Of a DNA stretch of 64,000 bases, positions 57,354-64,000 are shown piece after piece (within the stretch, counting starts at the first letter, position 1; each line of letters starts with the position of its first letter). The stretch is from the IMG/VR virus record IMGVR_UViG_3300037424_002120, positions 1-64,000 of that record; one strand, given 5' to 3'. The position numbers were made by a program, and so were the translations under genes. The notes under the pieces were generated by a model that worked only from the letters and a program-made list of their open reading frames with translations, was not told the origin of the DNA and made no database searches. The stretch is from a virus.

Positions 57354-57618
57354 CGCGAAGGGCGCGGCTTTGAGGCTTGGGTGTAGCCCCACGTGGATAC
57401 GCAAGCTTGTTGCAAGTGGGAAGCTCGTGGCCTACGTTTACAATGACGAGGGCGCTCTAGAGCAGCATCAGCTAGGGCAATCGCGCCAAGGCCAGGGATT
57501 GTACTTCGAGGAGAGCGACTTGCAGGCGTACCAACCAGGTGCGAACGGGCGTCCGATGGGATCACACGACAAGGTGGCAGATAATCCAAATCGGCGCAAA
57601 GCACAGGCCAGATCTTGA
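57343..57618 (+). CDS. HTH_17-like DNA-binding protein
   Basis: LNAKGAALRLGCSPTWIRKLVASGKL; SD GGAGG. Confidence 0.7.
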   Translation: MLLNAKGAALRLGCSPTWIRKLVASGKLVAYVYNDEGALEQHQLGQSRQGQGLYFEESDLQAYQPGANGRPMGSHDKVADNPNRRKAQARS

Positions 57619-57676
57619 TCCTGAGCACAAAAACACCCGATATCAATCAAGGTATCGGGTGTTTCTATTGCGTCTA

Positions 57677-58015
57677 TTATCTCCTGTTATGTGCCTTTAA
57701 CCGCTTTCTTTCTAGCCTTGTCTCACGTTGAGCACTATCATACTCTTCAAGCTTTTCCTCCATTCTTTTTAGCATTTGTTCAAGCATCGTTTTTGTTGCG
57801 TACCGTCCCCACTGTTCGTCTAGCAGAAACTTAGCTGCATAGATCTGTACGTACATGTTTTTTGTGATAAAGCGATCACCACTATCTTTTATTCCTTCCT
57901 TGCTAAACAAAACAATAAAGATATGCATAACCTTCATTGAGTGGCAGTGCAGCATATCCATGTCAAAAACAGCTCTGTAGTTCTCTATTGCTTTCATGTC
58001 TCTTGAAATGTCCAT
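57677..58015 (-). CDS. Hypothetical protein
   Basis: SD GGAGG before MDISRD; shares a bidirectional terminator near 57630-57665. Confidence 0.5.
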   Translation of the reverse strand: MDISRDMKAIENYRAVFDMDMLHCHSMKVMHIFIVLFSKEGIKDSGDRFITKNMYVQIYAAKFLLDEQWGRYATKTMLEQMLKRMEEKLEEYDSAQRETRLERKRLKAHNRR

Positions 58016-58271
58016 AATATTGCTCGTATCCTCCCTGGGTCTAGGATGTTTGTTGCATCCTAGACCCACTTTGTTTATATGGTGTGATCTACACCCCAGA
58101 ACACTTTTTGTATAACCCTCTCTTTCCCAAGGATTGCAATGCCAAACTGAACTTTATCACCCACTTGCTTTTTATAGAACTTAATGTTCATTGGCTTGCG
58201 TTTGCCCCTGGTAAAAGAGTTCTCAGGATACTTCTCGTTTTCGATTCCCTTAAGCAAAGCTTTCTTTTGAC

Positions 58272-58857
58272 AAAAAAAGGGCTTGAGCCCGCCGCAAGCT
58301 GCTGGGTTTTAACCCAGGCGGATAGGCGTCGTGGCTTGAGCCCAAAGCTTGTTAGCGTATGATTCCTCGCTTAATTTTTCTCATACTACCCCACTTTGTG
58401 GAATATTTCAATGTTACTCATTTGAATATGCTTCGTTCTAGATAGTAGAAGATATATGCAGTATTCAAACGGTTGAAGGTACGATCCTCTTTTCAGACGG
58501 GTAAATGGCTTTAGGAAGTAACGGTTTGTATATTGCATGCGATAAGAAACACTTCAGGAAAAGCCTCCGCCCTTGTGGGTCCGTTCCCAAGGGAGTAGCA
58601 TCGAAAGATGCGGGTGTTGCTGCTCTCCAAGAGCCAAATGCGCAAGCTGTGGGCCATTCATCCCTTTGCGTAGGGCACGAGAGCAACAACGGGCAAGGCA
58701 CCGCCCAGGACAGTCCCTCAAGGATGGTTGAGCCTGTTCGCGATATCACCGATCCACTACGCCCCCAATCGAGCCGTGGCTAGGCCACAATTGCTCGGGG
58801 AAGCGACTACGTCGGGGTGTCAGAAGCTGCGGGGTTTTAACCCCAGCGGAGTGTCAC
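58272..58857 (+). mobile_element. Non-autonomous IS200/IS605 (TnpB-type) element, 586 bp
   Basis: Follows TTGAC; related hairpins CTGGGTTTTAACCCAG (left) and GGGGTTTTAACCCC (right); ends GTCAC; no nuclease ORF. Confidence 0.75.
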
Positions 58858-59102
58858 CTAGCAACGAAGTCCAGGTAGTTTGGCAGCGAGATGCAAGTGG
58901 CGTTTTGCTTTCTGCCCATCGAGTCGATGACCTCGATTTGAACGACCCCATCCTTAAACAGCAACCGTTTTACGGCATCGCTAGGATTGCCAATTCCTAA
59001 ACACTTGCAGGTGTCGGCAAAAATTGGCATTGGATCGTTGCCAACCCACACAACACGAACGGGTTGACTATTGAACTGGAAAAGTTGTAATTTGTTGTCC
59101 AT
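58858..59102 (-). pseudogene. BRO-N antirepressor-like gene truncated by the IS insertion
   Basis: FQFNSQPVRVV...D.CKCLGI.N.SDA...DSMGRKQ; rejoining across the IS gives FVAR-SK. Confidence 0.75.
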
Positions 59103-59249
59103 AGTAGGATAACTCCTTCTTGTTGCGTATCTCCAGAGCGACTAACTTTGTTGATACGCGGCTACTAGCACCTCTTGTAAAAGAAGTGCGAACAGTTTAG
59201 AGATTGCCAGTGTTTAAGCTTCCCAGGGCATTGAGCTGGCAGTCTCTAG

Positions 59250-59489
59250 CTATGCGACCTCTTCTATTGGATCTGTCATGGCACGATAATTCTTATCAGA
59301 TACAATCAAATCCCCTGGCTCTACCTCTAGCGCTCTCGCTATCTTTTCTAGTTGCTCTAACTCAACACTTTGAGTGAAGTTATGCCAGTAACGATAAAGC
59401 AACTGTGGCGTAACACCAGCCTTTATATGAAGCTGAGTTTGCTTCATATTTCTAGCGGATGCTACTTGCTTGATAATAAGCTTTGACAA
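59250..59489 (-). CDS. XRE/Cro-C1 HTH regulator
   Basis: QTQLHIKAGV...LEKIARALEVEPGDLI; TTG start after AAGGAGG. Confidence 0.85.
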   Translation of the reverse strand: MSKLIIKQVASARNMKQTQLHIKAGVTPQLLYRYWHNFTQSVELEQLEKIARALEVEPGDLIVSDKNYRAMTDPIEEVA

Positions 59490-59659
59490 TTTGGCCTCCT
59501 TTTTCTGAAGAACTTCTGTCTTTATAATAACACGAGAACACATATTTGTCAACTTGCAAAACTAATAGGTTTACCTCTTGACAACTTAACATCGTCGTGC
59601 TATACTATTTTTGTGAGCTGAGAACTGCTTGGCCACCAAGTTGAAAGGACAACACAAAA

Positions 59660-60915
59660 ATGTATATATCCGAGAAAAACATGCAAGGTGTCCCAAAAGA
59701 GGGATTATGTTCGAGTTGTGGGAAACCATGCAAGACATCAACTGCCTCAGTGCAGTTTATCCATCAGGAATGTTATGATGATTCATTCCGTAAGGATATG
59801 CGGAATTCCATTCTGAGAGGCATAGCAATTTTCAATAAATATGCCCCGAATTGGAGAGAGAAAGTTCGTCCGTGTCTTCCATGTCGTCCCCTATATTTCA
59901 TTTCCTGTATATTCGGTGGATCAGATGAAGCAAGGAAATCGATCCCTGAGTTGGCCCGTGCATGCAGCGCGGGAAGAAGAAGTATGCGTGGAAGAGGAGA
60001 GACCCTCGCCCAGGAGTCTTTCTTTAGTGAGATGGGACTCATCCTCTATGAAGATGATCTCGATCAATCTGATCTCCTAAGAGAAATGTGGCAGGAGGCC
60101 ATCGAAGATCCAAATCTTGAAAAAGTTCTTCCTCCGCCTCATCGCGGTCATTTTGTCAAAGGCCAAAGAGGAGATGCGGTTTGTTTTTGGTACGGAAATC
60201 TCATCGGTATTCCCGATAAACGGGGACCACAACCAAAAGACGGGGAATGCTGGGAGATACTCGACGAAAATTTGTCAGGAAGAGTGTTCTTCCTCAAGAT
60301 TGGGAAGAAAATTGAGAAAGAACAGGATATCTGGCGTCATTGGATGTAGTCTCTCGTTTGGTTTCATCTCGGGTGCGACGGGATGATACGAGTCGAGTGG
60401 CTCGATTAGTTGAAGAAAGAAGGTACAAATGTTCTATATTGTCTCAATTAGTTGGTGGGCAGCATCTAGGTCGGACGATAGAGTAAGTGTATATTTGGAG
60501 AGTGCATCCTCTCCAGAGGACGCACAAAGACAATCAAAGCAAAGATTGTCCTTCATCAAAAATCCTTTCGAGAAACCCCTCGCTTTAGCCATGGGGTATC
60601 TGACCGCAGATGCTGAGTTTTCAGTGGATGATCACATCTTCGATATTGCGTCCAAATCTGTCCAAGCATCCAATGTTGGTCTTGTCTACGGGATCGAGTA
60701 GACAAGAAAGAGGTAAAACAATGATCAGCTACAATGACAGGATTATCCTGGATAATCGGTTTGCTTACTATCTGGATGCAGAAGGCGTTATCTTCTGCTA
60801 CGAATGTGGATATGATCAAGCTGAGCAGCTTGATCGAATCGAGAACAATGCTGGTCCACAACCGATAAAATGCTCTATATGTGGATATGATGTTCCACAT
60901 GTAGATCGTCATTAA
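59660..60915 (+). CDS. Hypothetical genes (59660-60349, 60429-60701, 60721-60915)
   Basis: Promoter TTGACA-17-TATACT (59578-59606); SD sites. Confidence 0.6.
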
Positions 60916-60983
60916 GAAAATAGTGATACAAAGACAGGATAGCACCAAAAACGCTATCCTGTCTTTGTGTGTATCTCACACGC

Positions 60984-61433
60984 TTAATCCTCTTTTAGCA
61001 TGCTTTTATGCTTGTGGTATGCTAAAACGACCTCGTCAGGTGTACCGCACATCGATAATCTCCACATATCGATTTCAAGCTCTTCTGTGAACTCATATGC
61101 AGTCTTATGCGTTTTTGTGCATATATTACGATAATCTTTGCTTTCGAATATCTCTCTAAGTAAATGCAGCCATATGTATGTTTGTGCATATGATGGCGGC
61201 TTTTCACCAATAATAACGCGTGAAATGCCAGACTGATCAATAGTTCCTGCTTCACTTTCAGAAAGCATATATCCATTAGACACTAAATATCTACGATATG
61301 CCGCCGCTTTCCTTCCTAGCCTGTTTTGACTTATGTTCGCCTCTTCACAAAGTAAGCTCAGCAATAATCCAAACAATCTCTGAGCGTATATACGAAAAAT
61401 CTCGGCTTTCTCGTGTGAAGGATCTCTTGACAT
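60984..61433 (-). CDS. XRE-like HTH protein
   Basis: ISQNRLG...IDQSGISRVI.GEK.PS. Confidence 0.6.
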   Translation of the reverse strand: MSRDPSHEKAEIFRIYAQRLFGLLLSLLCEEANISQNRLGRKAAAYRRYLVSNGYMLSESEAGTIDQSGISRVIIGEKPPSYAQTYIWLHLLREIFESKDYRNICTKTHKTAYEFTEELEIDMWRLSMCGTPDEVVLAYHKHKSMLKED

Positions 61434-62174
61434 CCTTTTCTCCCAACATACTATATCTGCACGAACAATATAAAAATGCTTGACAAACTGATCAACAAAG
61501 AGTAGAGTTATGCTAGATCAGCATAAGTTTAGCGTCTGGTAATTCTAATTGAGACAGATTACACTCTAACCTGTACAGAATTGCCAAAGGTTGCCATGCT
61601 TATTGCAGTATAACATTTATTTTATTTGTCGAACACATGGCCAATGAGTGAAATATGGCTCAATATGCCATGCAAGTTGAATATATTCGTGTATTGGCAT
61701 AAAAAATACCACCAATATGCGAAAGATTACCACTAAAGTGGTAGAGGTTTAACGTCAACTTAGTGCTTTGCATAGTTGAACGAGGTTCATTTAATGCAGC
61801 AACACAATCAAAGCGAGATAGCGCGATTGAAGCAGGAGATTGAAGAAGCATATTTTTCTGCTCAATCGGCTATGGGTGGTGTTTCCATTGTAGCTAGTCA
61901 TGCTTTCATCACAAAGCGCATGGAGAGCATGTGTGACTCAGCAGCAAAACTCAGGATGATAGCGGGAGATGAGGTGATGAGACAAGTTTTGATGGGCTTA
62001 TAGTTGAGCAGAGAATTGCGCAAATGTTATCTATTTTTCATTTGCGCAAGGTTGCAAAATCTAAACCAATAGATGCACACTGAAAAATGAATAACGGACG
62101 GGGCGGATGAAGTTCATCCTGGTATAAGCACTGCAATTTAGTTATGATTAGCTGAAATACACATAGGGCTTTTC

Positions 62175-62390
62175 ATGCTAAAGAGGCTCTTCGGCCTAAG
62201 ACTCAAGCAGATCCGTGAGATGCGTGGTATGACACAGGATGAATTAGCAGAGTCTTTGGGAGTGTCAGATGCCAGAACAATCCGTTTTTGGGAGTCAGGC
62301 AAAAACTCTCCAAATATAGCAAAGCTTGAGCCGCTAGCAAAGGTCCTGGATGTAAAGGTAGCAGATTTCTTCAAAGATCTCGAGGTCTGA
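62175..62390 (+). CDS. XRE-family HTH regulator
   Basis: RLKQIREMRGMTQDELAESLG...WESG..SP....LAKVLDV. Confidence 0.92.
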   Translation: MLKRLFGLRLKQIREMRGMTQDELAESLGVSDARTIRFWESGKNSPNIAKLEPLAKVLDVKVADFFKDLEV

Positions 62391-63056
62391 CCTGCCAGAG
62401 CAGTGGGATGAATAACTGGCAGATCAGTAAGACGCGTTTCAAGAAAAATGGAGTCGCGTCACTATTAGAAACGCATTAGCCGTCCGTTATTAACAACAGA
62501 CGGCATTTTCGCGTGGTTTAAATTTCGAATCATTCCTCCTCAAATATCCACCAAATCACAACCTCACAGGATAGGCATAACGAGCAATATTCGGTACACA
62601 ATTATATATATAATTGCCAGATTTAACGCAAGTCTCATCACCACGATTATATTTTCATAGCAGAAAATGAGGTGTCCCGAAATTGAGAAACAGCGTCCTT
62701 CCAGCTAGTCGATTATTTCTTCAGTAATCGACTAAAACATTCTACATCAGATCCTCAGTATCTCATTGCCAAAAACAGGCATGTGCAAAACGAATATACA
62801 TGTATGTGCATTTCTTGCATACGCACATACGCACATGTGGTACTAGCGAGATTAGGTAATCTACACGCAACGTGTCTAGAACACCTATACTTGAACCTCA
62901 CAAACCGGCTTCTGCGTACGTCTAACAGGTACCTACGGATATTTCTGTAGAGAAATTTCCTGAGAGACAACTCGCATTTTTTTAGGCACAATTGATTCTA
63001 CCGACTCATTCTCAAATCCCCCGATGGGTCGGCATTACAGAGAGGCGATACCTGCA

Positions 63057-63293
63057 ATGGAAACAATTCAAACGGTAAATTTGCCAGAATTTACACAACG
63101 TGAATTAGATGTTGTATACCTCATTGCACATCTATATACTCGCCAGCAAACAGCAGACAAACTTGGCATATCCTACAGGACAGTAGACACTTATATGCAC
63201 AGTATTTTTAAAAAGATAGGTATACACCGACAGGTCGATCTTATAGCGTTTGCACAAGTGAACGGCTTACAAAAGAATACAGAGGTACAGTGA
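63057..63293 (+). CDS. LuxR-family HTH protein
   Basis: FTQRELDV...TADKLGISYRTV..Y...IFKKIG. Confidence 0.88.
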   Translation: METIQTVNLPEFTQRELDVVYLIAHLYTRQQTADKLGISYRTVDTYMHSIFKKIGIHRQVDLIAFAQVNGLQKNTEVQ

Positions 63294-63631
63294 TGGATAG
63301 AAAGACAATACACAAGTTTTTGCCATACGTAACGAATACAGATGCACGGAGCATCTACAGAGCGCTTGAAAAGCATTTCAAGGCCGGTATCGCCTGCAAG
63401 CAGTGCTCAAGTTACGATCGGTACGGTCTCATGTTGATAGAAGGAGATCATACCAGCATCTACAATCACCTTGAGGATATCGTGAATGAAGGCAGAAAAA
63501 ACATAATTGAGCATTTTGAGTGGTCACTTGGGCAGGTGACTGACTCGGGACTGATCAAAATTACTCCACGTGATGAACGACTCTATGAGGTCATTTTCAC
63601 TCAATTAGCGCCGAAAGAGGTGCTAGCGTGA
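63290..63631 (+). CDS. Hypothetical protein
   Basis: Start and stop overlap both neighbours. Confidence 0.6.
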   Translation: MMDRKTIHKFLPYVTNTDARSIYRALEKHFKAGIACKQCSSYDRYGLMLIEGDHTSIYNHLEDIVNEGRKNIIEHFEWSLGQVTDSGLIKITPRDERLYEVIFTQLAPKEVLA

Positions 63632-64000
63632 ATGATTTGTATTACGAGCCTGCAATTGCCAAATTTAAATTGCCACTGCCTCCTACCTCCAATCATTCGT
63701 ACACACCAGCGGTGGTAGGAGGAAACTCAACAATCATATCTAAGAAGGAGCACAAGCAGTACAAACAAGATGCTGCCATTTTGCTCAACAATCAGCATCA
63801 ATTAATGAATAATACAGATAGAAATGCGTATGAACGCATTATACGACAGATAAAAAAAGACAACGTGTTCATCTTTATCGACGTATTATTCTTCTTAGAG
63901 AATATATTGCAGCGTGATGAAGATGGAGGATTGAAAGCTATTCAAGATGTGGTATGTGATCACATAGGTATTAATGATAAATACGTCATTGATGCCCATC
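63628..64000 (+). CDS. rusA: RusA-family Holliday junction resolvase, partial
   Basis: GTG start; LPLPPTSN..Y and RDEDGGLKAIQD...INDKYV motifs; runs off the right edge. Confidence 0.8.
   Translation, partial: MNDLYYEPAIAKFKLPLPPTSNHSYTPAVVGGNSTIISKKEHKQYKQDAAILLNNQHQLMNNTDRNAYERIIRQIKKDNVFIFIDVLFFLENILQRDEDGGLKAIQDVVCDHIGINDKYVIDAH

Noticed and set aside
58272-58857. IStron (group I intron)
   Set aside because: No P7 or other group I core was recognised, and the structured RNA appears to be antisense to the interrupted gene
58465-59000. ORFs 58465-58749, 58505-58783 and 58728-59000
   Set aside because: They lie in the IS RNA or antisense to BRO-N and show no recognisable motifs

Overview
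The window is a large part of a temperate siphovirus-like phage genome, probably a phage-plasmid; both edges cut genes. The host is inferred to be a Ktedonobacteria/Chloroflexota organism from the IscB omega-RNA type and protein families; this is not proven. 1-18.6 kb (minus strand) is an HK97-type virion module running from terminase to tail. 19-25 kb is ncRNA-rich: a structured RNA cluster with a degenerate tRNA, then a full-length Ro60/TROVE gene. That gene is preceded by three tandem Y RNAs and three ~100-bp promoter-driven small-RNA cassettes. 25-33 kb holds recombination and replication genes. 33.4-39 kb is an apparent anti-defence island: HTH-Cas11d-like and HTH-AcrIII-1 fusions under palindromic operators, plus ART-like, HD-hydrolase and 3'-phosphatase genes. 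39-43 kb has a ParM/ParR/parC-like partition locus and an FtsK/TraB-like ATPase. 47-51 kb has an HTH-GNAT switch and a primase-helicase with an ori-like inverted repeat. 54.5-56.9 kb is an array of four repeated strong-promoter gene cassettes. Five IS200/IS605-family insertions are present: TnpB-only, TnpA+TnpB, a standalone IscB omega-RNA, a 49-bp solo end, and a non-coding TnpB-type element. Four of them split genes whose reading frames can be rebuilt by hand. All family calls come from motif recognition by eye, not database searches.
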